DNA of 64,000 nt from Thermoplasmata archaeon (GTDB lineage Archaea; Thermoplasmatota; Thermoplasmata; Lutacidiplasmatales; UBA184): positions 7,980 through 71,979 of the forward strand of contig JAKAYT010000003.1 of assembly GCA_021826685.1 (NCBI GenBank), written 5' to 3'. Both the position numbers and the translations under genes were made by a program. Below are positions 9,396 through 18,682 of this stretch, one piece after another; within the stretch, counting starts at the first letter, position 1, and every line of letters starts with the position of its first letter. The notes below the pieces were generated by a model, which saw nothing but the letters and a program-made list of their open reading frames with translations, did no database searches and was not told the origin of the DNA.

Positions 9396-10601
9396 TTACG
9401 ATTGCACGCCCGGGACGGTCTCAGCCGTTTCGGAACGGACGGGATCGTTTTTCGCGCCCGTACCGAACGCCGGCAGGAGAGGGACGATCGTCGGTAGCTC
9501 GGTGGGAGGCCGGTACTCCGACGGGGGCTGGCCGGAAATGCGAACGACCTTCTCGGCGACGCTCCCACAGTATCCGCACTCCGAGCACGTGCGATGCTCG
9601 CAGTCGGTCATGGCGATCCGTTTGAGGAAGCCGGAGGGGAACGCATCGTTGTCGATCGTGACGTCACGAAGGCGGCCGAATGCTTCGCGCAGGGGCTCCA
9701 CGATCTCCGGAGACACGCCTCGTTCGGACAGGATCGAGAGGGCCCGGGACGGGCCCTTGATCTGGACGAAGCTCAGGATGTCGAGGAGGTTCCCGTGATA
9801 GCGGCGTTCGGTGTACGCGCGGGCCACCTGCACGAGCCAGTCGGTCGGCCGGTTGCGGCCGGAGATCTTGAAGCGATGGACTCCCGCCTCCTCGTAGACC
9901 GCGAGATCTTCGGGACGGACCCAGATCGACGAGATGAGCTTCTCGGGGTCGCGCACGACCTCGAGACCGCACTCGAGGAGGGGGAACTCGAACCAAAGAT
10001 GATTGCCGCCGGGCTGGGAACACAGCGAGCTCGTGTTGAGATGGTGAGCCCGAAATGGGCACTCGCGGATGCACGTCTGGTTAGTGAGGATCTCGACCCG
10101 GGCCCCCGTTCGGACCAGCCCCCGGATGAGCGGGAAGTCTCGGTTTCCCTCCTCGAGGATGATGGTGTCGGCGCCGAGCCTCACGTAATACTCCGCTTGG
10201 CTGACGGACCGAATCCGGGCAAAGGAGGAAACCGAGAGCGGGACCTCGGGGTACGCGCGATGGACCGCTTCCAGGAGAGCGGGGATCGCGATGACGAACC
10301 CGTCGACGCCGAGGTCCAGGAACTCCGCGACCTCCTTCAGGAAGCGGTCCAGGAAACCGGGCCCATACTCCTTGAGCCCGAGGTCGTTGCTGTTGAGCGT
10401 CGCGTAGAACTCCCTTCCGGTCCGATGCACCGCTCGAAGGTGGCGGCGGAACCCTTCCGGATCCATCTCCGGGAGGATGTAGGGCGGTCGACCTCCTCCC
10501 GTGAGAGACACCGGGAACCCCCCGAAGAAAGTGCGAACGGGGAGATCGGAGACGCGGTCGGGGAGAGCGTCATCCATATTGGACGCTAGCACGAGTTCCA
10601 T
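9396..10601 (-). CDS. U32-family Fe-S protein
   Basis: NQTCIRECPFRAHH, IWVRPEDL, FKISGR, C-terminal CEHRTCSECGYC; start placed at MELVLASN. Confidence 0.88.
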   Translation of the reverse strand: MELVLASNMDDALPDRVSDLPVRTFFGGFPVSLTGGGRPPYILPEMDPEGFRRHLRAVHRTGREFYATLNSNDLGLKEYGPGFLDRFLKEVAEFLDLGVDGFVIAIPALLEAVHRAYPEVPLSVSSFARIRSVSQAEYYVRLGADTIILEEGNRDFPLIRGLVRTGARVEILTNQTCIRECPFRAHHLNTSSLCSQPGGNHLWFEFPLLECGLEVVRDPEKLISSIWVRPEDLAVYEEAGVHRFKISGRNRPTDWLVQVARAYTERRYHGNLLDILSFVQIKGPSRALSILSERGVSPEIVEPLREAFGRLRDVTIDNDAFPSGFLKRIAMTDCEHRTCSECGYCGSVAEKVVRISGQPPSEYRPPTELPTIVPLLPAFGTGAKNDPVRSETAETVPGVQS

Positions 10602-10691
10602 GAGCCCCCGACGGAGGCCGCGCGGCATGTCACCCTGACCCCGCACCGGTGCGGGATAATCGGCTTGGCCCGTCGATTCCTCTCCGTCTCC

Positions 10692-11096
10692 ATGACAGCT
10701 CCAGTTTCCTCACCGGTGTCGCTCGATCGAGTGCGAAACGAGATCGAGAGCGTCGATCGGTCGATCGTGCTCCTCCTCGCAGCACGGCTGGACGCCGCTC
10801 GACGAGCGCTCTCCCTGCGCGCCCCGTCCGAGCACCGCGTGACGGACCCGGGTCAGGAGCGTCAGGTGTTGAGCCGCGCGCAGGCCTGGGCCCAAGATCT
10901 TGGTCTCCCGGCCCCGCTAGTGGAAGGGCTCTTTCGCGCCCTGATCGAGGAGGGAAAGGCTCGCTACGGGGATCGAACGCGGGCCGCGCCGGAACCGGGT
11001 TTCGTTACCGTGCTGGTGGACGCGCCCGAGCCCGGCTCCCTCGCGCTAGGGGACGCCGAAACTCCGGAGCCTCTCCCCATACCGGGTTCCCGCTAA
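10692..11096 (+). CDS. AroQ-type (type II) chorismate mutase-like protein
   Basis: LDRVRNEIESVDRSIVLLLAAR...VTDPGQERQVL...LFRALIEE aligns by eye to the AroQ domain. Confidence 0.82.
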   Translation: MTAPVSSPVSLDRVRNEIESVDRSIVLLLAARLDAARRALSLRAPSEHRVTDPGQERQVLSRAQAWAQDLGLPAPLVEGLFRALIEEGKARYGDRTRAAPEPGFVTVLVDAPEPGSLALGDAETPEPLPIPGSR

Positions 11097-11795
11097 CTTC
11101 GCGGTCGCTCTTCGTAGGATCTCCAGCGCCGACGATCGCCCGGTGCCCAAGGCCCGGGCCACGTCGCCGAGCGATGCCCGGCGCGGATAGTCAAAATAGC
11201 CCTGCTGGTAGGCAACCTTCAGCGCCCGATCCTGGCGGGCGGTGAGGGCCATTGCGGACGGCGGGAGCTTCGGGCGAGCTACTGCGACCCGCCCTCGCGC
11301 ACCTTCGGGCACGTCGTGGAGGAGCGCCGGGATCCGGGCTCCTCGCGGCAGGATCACGCTCCAACGACCCTCTTCCTCGTACGAGAGCAACGGGCACGAC
11401 ACGCAGATCCCCCCGGCCCGGTAGGTGGCGATGCATATCGGCGGCGCCGGCTCGCTCAGCCGCAGGAGCACGCGGCCACGATCCAGTCGGGCTACCGCGA
11501 GATTTCGATAGCGGAACCGTCGGCGCAGCGTGATCAGAAAGTGGTCCACCCGTTCCTCCGCGATCCGGACATCCAGCCACCGCACGAGTCGACGGGGTCC
11601 GGACTCGGTCAACCGGCACGCTACGAGGCGGGACTCCGCGCCTTCTCGCTGGAAAAGCGCGGACAAAGGACGGTCCTCTCGTCGATGATCCAGACGTACC
11701 TCGAGCAGCGGGGGAACCTCGGACGCGGCGGAGGCGCTTTTCGCGTTCCGAAGGGCCCGAACGACCGGACGAGGAAGGTGGCGGGCCGCGCACAT
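11046..11795 (-). CDS. Archaeal HTH_10 (Bat-like) transcriptional regulator
   Basis: LTARQDRALKVAYQQGYFDYPRRASLGDVARALG..SSALEILRRA. Confidence 0.9.
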   Translation of the reverse strand: MCAARHLPRPVVRALRNAKSASAASEVPPLLEVRLDHRREDRPLSALFQREGAESRLVACRLTESGPRRLVRWLDVRIAEERVDHFLITLRRRFRYRNLAVARLDRGRVLLRLSEPAPPICIATYRAGGICVSCPLLSYEEEGRWSVILPRGARIPALLHDVPEGARGRVAVARPKLPPSAMALTARQDRALKVAYQQGYFDYPRRASLGDVARALGTGRSSALEILRRATAKLAGTRYGERLRSFGVP

Positions 11796-11990
11796 GTTCG
11801 GATCGGCGTTCGAGCCCGTACGAGGCTATGAACGTGCCGTTAACGTGCATCGCTTTCGGCCCGGGAGGCTCCCGGCGCCGGGAATGCTCCCCACGAGGAG
11901 CGCAGTCGAGTTCGTGAAGTCGGGTGGAGCGAGCCGCGATGAATCCCGAGGGAAGGTTGACCCCGCCCTTCATGGGCAGGAAGGAACGGT

Positions 11991-12479
11991 ATGGCAGAGA
12001 AGCGACCGGCACGTGCCCCGCAGCGTCAATTGGCGATCCCACGGACGACGACCAGCCTCGAAAAATACGTCGACCGGGCTCTCGAGAACCTGAGGAGCGA
12101 AGTGCTCTTCGAGTTCCCGAGATACGACCTGTTCGAGAGTGAACCGCAGGGCCGCTGGCTGGTCGCTCCCACGGATATCGTGGACCAGGGGGATCTCTAC
12201 GAGGTCCGGGCGGATCTTCCCGGCGTTCGCAAGGAGAACGTCGAAGTTTCCCTTGTGGGGCGAACCTTGCAGGTAGAGGGGAAGGAGATGCGGGAGAAGG
12301 AAGAGAAGGGGAAGAACTACGTCACTCGCGAACGCGCCTACGGCGGTTTCTCGCGAAGCGTCCTCCTCCCCGAAGACGTCGTTTCGGACAAGATCTCAGC
12401 GAAGTACGAGGACGGCGTATTGACCGTCACCGTGCCCAAGGCCCATCCCGAGCCTACGCGGAAGATCCCGGTGGCCTAG
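11991..12479 (+). CDS. Hsp20/alpha-crystallin small heat-shock protein
   Basis: ADLPGVRKENVEV, ERAYGGFSRSVLLP, AKYEDGVLTVTVPK, C-terminal IPV. Confidence 0.96.
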   Translation: MAEKRPARAPQRQLAIPRTTTSLEKYVDRALENLRSEVLFEFPRYDLFESEPQGRWLVAPTDIVDQGDLYEVRADLPGVRKENVEVSLVGRTLQVEGKEMREKEEKGKNYVTRERAYGGFSRSVLLPEDVVSDKISAKYEDGVLTVTVPKAHPEPTRKIPVA

Positions 12480-12627
12480 GAATACACCGCCTCGCTCCGA
12501 CCGCACCGACCGGGGTGATCGACGGCGCCCGCACCCCGGTCCCCGCGAGGGGGGTATCCCCTGCCATGTCGCCGCTCGGCCGGAAGAGGTGGCGAAACCA
12601 GGCCTGCCGAAACCGAAATGCGCACTC

Positions 12628-13374
12628 TCAGGTCGCGGCCCTCCGGGCCATCGCCATGAGCTGCGAGGGCATCGTGATCCCGTAGCGAAGAGCCAGTGCC
12701 ACGATGTGCTTACAGGGGAGGCGTCGCGCCCGACGTCCCGGTAATGGCGTCCGAGCCCAGCGTGCGGTCCAGGCAGGACACTCGCACTGCATTGGATTGA
12801 GCTGGACGCGATACCTGCCGTTCGCGATCCAACGCCCGTCCCGTTCTTCAAGCCGAACGTCCTTCGCCCGTTCCATCACCCGTTCCAGGGCCTGCTCCCG
12901 GAGTTCCTCCCGCTCCGCGGCCCGATGGAGACCGGCGTCGAGCGCCCGAGCGACGGCCAAGTTGAGTTCGGGGTCTTCCGGCACCGAGGGCTCCACACGA
13001 AGCCACTCGAACTGATCGATCAGGGGTTGCATCCGACGGGCCGCGCGCGTGGCTCGTCGGTATGCGAGAGGTTCCTCCTCCGCGAGAACGCGGGCTGTAG
13101 CGGGCCTCGGAACACGAATTCGAAGCCGCCGGCATCCCTCTCGCAGTGCCGCGTTCAACCCCTTGCGAACCGCCGCGAGCTCCGCGGCGATGAGGGTCCG
13201 ATCTTGTTGGTGCGTCGCCGTGCCGATCGGCCCGGGTCCGATGGGAGTGGTCAGCCGCCAACCGATGCCGGATGTGTGGGTACTTTTCTCCAGAACGGCG
13301 GCCACGGCCAGACGGCACTCTTTCGTGGGCCGGGCCTTCGTCCACGAGCGCGTCGATGCGGCCGCGCGCGCCAC
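12628..13374 (-). CDS. Degenerate RNase H-like domain fused to a SWIM zinc finger
   Basis: SGIGW..AAELAAVRKGLNAALREGCRRLRI resembles archaeal RNase HI; CECPAW...PCKH matches SWIM CxCxnCxH. Confidence 0.65.
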   Translation of the reverse strand: MARAAASTRSWTKARPTKECRLAVAAVLEKSTHTSGIGWRLTTPIGPGPIGTATHQQDRTLIAAELAAVRKGLNAALREGCRRLRIRVPRPATARVLAEEEPLAYRRATRAARRMQPLIDQFEWLRVEPSVPEDPELNLAVARALDAGLHRAAEREELREQALERVMERAKDVRLEERDGRWIANGRYRVQLNPMQCECPAWTARWARTPLPGRRARRLPCKHIVALALRYGITMPSQLMAMARRAAT

Positions 13375-13383
13375 GGATTCCCC

Positions 13384-14241
13384 TCACGCCGGTTGGTGTA
13401 CGGGTAGGAAGGTAAGGAACCACTCCCGGGCCCGGCGAGAAACCTCCTCGAGCGCGCCGGGCTCTTCGAAGAGGTGCGTCGCGCCCGGGATCACGATCAA
13501 CTTCTTCGGACCGACGAGCTTCCGATAGGTGGCCTCGTTGAGCCTTCGGATCTCGGGATCGCGTCCGCCGACCAGAAGTAACGTGGGGGAACGGACATCC
13601 CACGCCCTCGCATCGGCGAGATCGCTCCGGGCCCCTCGAAGCACCACCGCACGTATGGCGTCGGGCCGCGATGCCGCAGCGATGAGGGCCGCGGCCCCGC
13701 CGGTGCTCGCCCCGTAGAGGCCCAACGGGATCCCTCGGGTCTCGCTCCACTGGGCCACCCAGTCGATGACCTCGCCGAGGCGACCGGAGAGCCGAGGGAT
13801 GTCGAATCGATACTCGCCGGTCGTCAGATCCCTCCGTTCCTCCTCCGGAGTCAATAGGTCAAAGAGAAGGGTCGCGATTCCCGAGGTTTGCAGCTCTGCG
13901 GCGACCCAACGATTCCGAGGGCTCTTTCGACTGCTGCCGCTCCCGTGGGCAAATACGACGATCCCCAAGGATCCCAAGGGTAGCGCGAGGTCGCCACGGA
14001 TCCCCCCCCGCCCGAGCGGGATCGCGACCTCCTGGGTCTTCGGCAGGCTTTCGACGGTACCGTCGCCCGGAAGGGTTCGAGACGGGGGGCGGGGTGGGGC
14101 GGGGTCGGTGGGTTCGACCACCGCATACTCTGCGCGAGGGCCGGTTGCACGCTCCCCGAGTGCTTCGGAGGCGGCTACGGCCTGTTCCCTCCTCGTAGTG
14201 GGTGTGTCGCGGCGGCGTCTCGACTTCGGGTCGTAGCGCAT
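13384..14241 (-). CDS. Dienelactone hydrolase-type alpha/beta hydrolase
   Basis: FAHGSGSSRKSPRN, GASTG, GGRD, IPGATHLFEEPG; true start may be downstream. Confidence 0.9.
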   Translation of the reverse strand: MRYDPKSRRRRDTPTTRREQAVAASEALGERATGPRAEYAVVEPTDPAPPRPPSRTLPGDGTVESLPKTQEVAIPLGRGGIRGDLALPLGSLGIVVFAHGSGSSRKSPRNRWVAAELQTSGIATLLFDLLTPEEERRDLTTGEYRFDIPRLSGRLGEVIDWVAQWSETRGIPLGLYGASTGGAAALIAAASRPDAIRAVVLRGARSDLADARAWDVRSPTLLLVGGRDPEIRRLNEATYRKLVGPKKLIVIPGATHLFEEPGALEEVSRRAREWFLTFLPVHQPA

Positions 14242-14304
14242 ACGCGATCGTCCTGCCGGGGCCCCCCGACAGGGCGGTCGTGGTCGTCCGAGAATGTAGG
14301 GCGT

Positions 14305-15918
14305 ATGTCAGCTCGATTTCACGCCCCCCACGGGGCCGCCGCGACCGCCGACCGTCGAAGGTGGCTCTTTCATCCTCCCGTTGCGTTGGAATCCGCTGTC
14401 GGGCTCGCGCCGTACGCCGACGCGAAGGAGGGCAGCGTGACGAAGCCGATCTTCACGGAAACAGTAGACCTTCCGGAACGCCTCCCAATCGCAACCTCCC
14501 TCGCCCTGGCCACGGCCTTCCGCACGTACTATCTGGCTCTGCAGAGGACCGGCTCCTCTGCGTTGACCTTCCGGACCTGGCGAGACGAGGCGAGCGGGCG
14601 TACCGAGTACTACTGGTCGGTACCCACCGCAGCGGCGGAGTCCTCCTCCGAAACGCCTGCAAACTTTCACGTGATCATCACGCCCGAGGACCTGCGCATC
14701 CAGATTGCCTCCGAGCAACCCGTGGACGAGACGGCGCGAAAGGGGCTGCAAAGGACCGTCGATGACATTCGAGAGTTCGTTACCAGATTCCTGGAGTATG
14801 CACAACGGGCCACCATCTACGCGGTCGTTCCACCGTATCCGGAGTCCCCCGGGGAGGCGGGGAGGGGCTCCGGCAACAGCGCGCTCCGACGGATATTCCT
14901 CGGGAATTCCACCAACCTCTTCCTGATCGCGATCTTGTTCACCTTCCCCGCGGTCTTCTTCATCGGTTACTACGCGCTCGTGCTCATCCTCGCCGTCCAA
15001 GGCGTACTGCTGTACTTCTCGGACGATATCGCTCTGCGCATGGGGTCGGTCGAACTCTCCGCGGATCGGCCCCGATGCACGGTCGTGGGGGTGGCGCGCC
15101 CGCTCAAGGACCCGCCCACGGTACCGGTGCGAGCGCCCCGGGCGACTCCCGCGTTGCGCACCCGCATCCGGAGCACGATGGTCGATTCCCTCGCGACCGG
15201 GAGCAATCCCGGCCCGGCCCTAGTCCGGGCGCTGCGCGACGAGCGCGTGGATTGTTCGGAGAAGGATGTCGAAGTCACGACCCGTGACGTCTATCACCTC
15301 GTCGAGGAGGAGGCCCGGCGCTTCGGGGTCCCGGTGCCGAAGGTCGTCGTCAGCGAGTCTCCGATGGCGAACGCGGCATCGGCCGGAGTCTCGCGTCGAC
15401 GCTCGGCGATGATGATCACGGCCGGATCCGTTCAGGATCTCTCGGACGCCGAGCTCGGGGCCGTAATCGGCCACGAGTTCGGGCACATCCGGGGGCGCGA
15501 CCCGGTCCTCCTCTTTCTGGTGAGCACCGTGCTCTACCTGGGCGCGCTCTTCGCATGGCCATCCGTGCTCCTCTACCTCGGCCTTTGGTACTTCGTCCTG
15601 GTTTTCATCGCGATCTTCGTCGTCGGCAAGATCCTCGAGACCCGGGCCGACACGCTCGCGGCGAACGTACTCGATCGGCCGATCGATCTCAGCGCGGCGC
15701 TCACACGCATCGGATACGAGGAACTCTACGCCGAGCAGCGTTCCCCCCACGCGCGCGTGTTCTCCTGGTTCCTGCCGGATCCGCATCCTCCGATCTACTT
15801 CCGTGCCCGACGCCTCGCCTACATGGCGATGACCGGCCAGCGCGCCCGGCACCTTTTCCTTTACTCGGGCCGGGATTGCCTTCGCGGGTTCGCCTCGGCG
15901 CTGTTGGGTCGAGAGTAG
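14305..15918 (+). CDS. M48 (HtpX-like) membrane zinc metalloprotease with long N-terminal domain
   Basis: ANA, VIGHEFGH, ETRAD, HPP motifs plus transmembrane segments. Confidence 0.88.
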   Translation: MSARFHAPHGAAATADRRRWLFHPPVALESAVGLAPYADAKEGSVTKPIFTETVDLPERLPIATSLALATAFRTYYLALQRTGSSALTFRTWRDEASGRTEYYWSVPTAAAESSSETPANFHVIITPEDLRIQIASEQPVDETARKGLQRTVDDIREFVTRFLEYAQRATIYAVVPPYPESPGEAGRGSGNSALRRIFLGNSTNLFLIAILFTFPAVFFIGYYALVLILAVQGVLLYFSDDIALRMGSVELSADRPRCTVVGVARPLKDPPTVPVRAPRATPALRTRIRSTMVDSLATGSNPGPALVRALRDERVDCSEKDVEVTTRDVYHLVEEEARRFGVPVPKVVVSESPMANAASAGVSRRRSAMMITAGSVQDLSDAELGAVIGHEFGHIRGRDPVLLFLVSTVLYLGALFAWPSVLLYLGLWYFVLVFIAIFVVGKILETRADTLAANVLDRPIDLSAALTRIGYEELYAEQRSPHARVFSWFLPDPHPPIYFRARRLAYMAMTGQRARHLFLYSGRDCLRGFASALLGRE

Positions 15919-16014
15919 CCGGGCGGCCCGCGGAACGAGGGAGAAGCCCGCGATCGCCCGCCCGTCTCGGGTGGAGAGAGGTCGATTTGTACTGGAACAC
16001 CGGTGCGGACTTCC

Positions 16015-16254
16015 ATGGTGCTCACGAAACGTTCGGCGATGGCACCGGACGGAGCGTTCTGCTTCGGGTGCAACCGAGGGTTCGGGCAAGGAAGCCCGGC
16101 CGTTGTATTCGTGACCGATCTCGTTCCCGACTCCGACCGGGCCGAGGTCGCCGGACTCTACTTCCATCCGGGCCACCTGATCCGCTACGCCCACCGTAGG
16201 AACTGGACGGAGCTCGCGAACTACATCGAGGCCCATGGGGCCTTGAACTTCTGA
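16015..16254 (+). CDS. Small putative zinc-binding protein
   Basis: CFGC...HPGH in 79 aa. Confidence 0.65.
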   Translation: MVLTKRSAMAPDGAFCFGCNRGFGQGSPAVVFVTDLVPDSDRAEVAGLYFHPGHLIRYAHRRNWTELANYIEAHGALNF

Positions 16255-16460
16255 GCGGCATCTACCCTCGGCCCGGTAGCGCGCCGAGGCGGACCTGCCC
16301 GACGGCCGGCGTGCGGTCTGGCGACGTCGACCGGAGGGGAGCGCCCCACGAAGGGGGGCCACGCCGCCGCCCTCAGGGATGGCCTTGGATCGCCCGCACC
16401 CGGTAATCGATCATCTCGGGCCCGTCCATGCGATGGGACGAACGCGCGATCGCAGCGTGG

Positions 16461-16817
16461 CTAGAGGGCTTTCTCCGCGATCTGGCCGAGCTCGCTGCTG
16501 ACGAAACCGACGATCTGCTGGGAGATCGCCCGCCGGACATCCTCGGGGAGCGTGGAGACCCCGAGCCGGGCGGTCAACGCGCCCACCCGTAGAAGGGCCC
16601 CGTACTCACGCGCTCGGGCTTCTAGGAGCTGGTGGATCGCCTCGCGGAGGTCGGCCGCGAGCCTCGGGTCGTCCTTGAGCTTCTTCTCGATATAATGGCG
16701 TATCTCGTCTTTGACGATATCCCGGGTCGCCTCGCTGACCAGCTCTTCGGGGCGCAACAGGTCTTGCGTGCTTCGGACCAGCAGGTCGAGCGGATCGCCC
16801 TCATACTCTTCCGTCAT
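16461..16817 (-). CDS. Hypothetical helical protein
   Basis: 118 aa amphipathic-helical ORF with GGTG-like SD. Confidence 0.75.
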   Translation of the reverse strand: MTEEYEGDPLDLLVRSTQDLLRPEELVSEATRDIVKDEIRHYIEKKLKDDPRLAADLREAIHQLLEARAREYGALLRVGALTARLGVSTLPEDVRRAISQQIVGFVSSELGQIAEKAL

Positions 16818-17083
16818 CGTGCACCAACCCCGTGGATCCTTGGCGTCGGCCGCACTTGTAGCGTAGGTGAAGGAAGGTTCACGCGAGATCGTCGGCCGTG
16901 GGTCCTACGCGGCGGGGGGCGATCGGCGTCCGACCCGCTTCCGAGCGGGCGTTGTCTTCGGCATCTGTCTTGGAGTCCGGGCACGTCTCCCGGCCCATCC
17001 GCGTCCGGCTCCCTAACCGAACGACGGATAGGGGGCAGGGGGCCCTCGACGGACGGAACGGCGTTTCCGAAAGGTCCGGGCCG

Positions 17084-17947
17084 TTAGCGCTTTCCCGGGG
17101 GCCAGCCCTGGTCCCCCTCCACCCGGCTCATGAAACCGAGCACGACCCGGTCGAACTCCTGCGTCGCCGAGAGGTTGGGGGTGTGGTCCCCTTCGGAGAG
17201 CTCGACGTAGTGAGCACTGGGGACCTCGGCGGCGAACCGGCTCATCATCATGTTCAGCGCCGGATTATCGTGAGCGCCGGCGATGGAGAGGATGGGAACG
17301 CGTCCTGCGCGCAGGGTGGAGGCCACGGGGTGGCCCGGCCGCCGACCCGGTGGCTCGTCGCGGCTCATGAACTCGACGAAGTGATCGTAATTGTCCGCCG
17401 TGACCGCCCGCAGACGCTGGCGCTCGGCGGGAGGGACCTTCGGAGCCCAGATGTCGAGGATCTGCTCGATGGCCTCGGCCTTTCGACCGGCCTTCGCCAG
17501 CTCGAGGAGCCGTCGCTCCCGGTCGGCCCCGGCGTTGATGAACCGGTCCTCCTCCTCGGGCGTTGGCTCGAGGTCGTGCGGGTTCCCCGCCACCAGGACG
17601 AGCCCTTGGGTCCGGTCCGGAAGCCCGGCGGCGAACTCGCAGGCGATCCGAGCCCCGTCCGAATTCCCGAGGACGAACACTTCGACCAGGTTGAGGTGGT
17701 TCAGCACCGCTTCGAGGTCCTCGCTGTCCGACGAGTTCGTACGGTCGCCGACCGAGCGACCGCAGCCCCGAACATCGTACCGAACGACGGTGTGATGGGC
17801 GGCGTACGCCGCGAACTGCGGGTCCCACTCGCGTAGGTCGAGGAAGGCGGAATGGATCAGGACGATCGCGGGGCCCTGGCCCGCTCGCTCGAAGTAGATG
17901 TTTCCGTCGGGGACCGGGACCATGCCTTGGGTGGGCGGCGGGGCCAT
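17084..17947 (-). CDS. Alpha/beta fold hydrolase
   Basis: GQGPAIVLIHS, YDVRGCGRS, GNSDG nucleophile elbow, GAHD, GDH. Confidence 0.92.
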   Translation of the reverse strand: MAPPPTQGMVPVPDGNIYFERAGQGPAIVLIHSAFLDLREWDPQFAAYAAHHTVVRYDVRGCGRSVGDRTNSSDSEDLEAVLNHLNLVEVFVLGNSDGARIACEFAAGLPDRTQGLVLVAGNPHDLEPTPEEEDRFINAGADRERRLLELAKAGRKAEAIEQILDIWAPKVPPAERQRLRAVTADNYDHFVEFMSRDEPPGRRPGHPVASTLRAGRVPILSIAGAHDNPALNMMMSRFAAEVPSAHYVELSEGDHTPNLSATQEFDRVVLGFMSRVEGDQGWPPGKR

Positions 17948-18346
17948 GCCCCCGCCAGTCCCCGAGGCAGATAACTTCGGTCGCACCGGCGACGACCGGC
18001 CGATGAGGACTCCCCTTCGACGCGCCTCGCGTTCGTACCCTCTGGCCTCGGTGCGATCGTCGGGGGTGAGGGAAGGTAGGCCGGGAAGTACTCGACGTAG
18101 CGACTTGGAGCCGCCCAGGACCCGCTGCCAGCGTCCCACGCAAATCGCCCTCGGTCGGATGCTTGGATCAAACGGAGTGTCGAACGTCGCGGGACGCCGC
18201 CACGAGACCACTCGAAGAAACCCCGGGCAGCGTCGGGTCGAGCTCTTCCGCCGGCCACCCACGAACGACATCCTTCGGGAGCCGCCGGTGGAGCCCAACC
18301 GCCAGGGTCCCGGGAGAGACGAGCGAGGGGGCTGTCGCTGCGAACG

Positions 18347-18538
18347 TCAGGCGCCCGGTTCTCGGACGGCGCCGACGAAGGTGCATACGTACGCCGCCGG
18401 CGGGACGGGTCCCGGAGGCAGCCTTCGCTTCGCTCGAATGTAGCAGAACATGCAGACGACCTCCCCGTTCGCGAACTGGTGCCACTCGGCGGCGTGGCGG
18501 CAGTTGAACACCTCGCACGGCTGATCCCTAGCCCACAT
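18347..18538 (-). CDS. Small putative zinc-finger protein
   Basis: MWARDQPCEVFNCRHAAEWHQFANGEVVCMFCY (Cx4C..CxxC). Confidence 0.5.
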   Translation of the reverse strand: MWARDQPCEVFNCRHAAEWHQFANGEVVCMFCYIRAKRRLPPGPVPPAAYVCTFVGAVREPGA

Positions 18539-18682
18539 CCGATCTTCCCCGGGAACGAACGACCGCGGCGCATATCTGGATATGGTCGTGGAGCTCGGGG
18601 CGGGATTCCCGCGGCCGAACAACATTTCATAGCACGCCCTTTCGGCGGTCGATCGCCGCGGAGCTCGCGGGGCGAGGAAGGA

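Noticed and set aside
11829..11850. AACGTGC direct repeat upstream of the HTH_10 gene
   Set aside because: Only two 7-mers; could be chance
6903..12627. Intact integrative element or provirus at tRNA-Leu
   Set aside because: No integrase, viral gene or second att copy found by eye
16818..16965. Amber read-through extension of the 16461-16817 gene
   Set aside because: An upstream in-frame ATG...TAG exists, but the peptide is low-complexity and no pyrrolysine genes are present in the window
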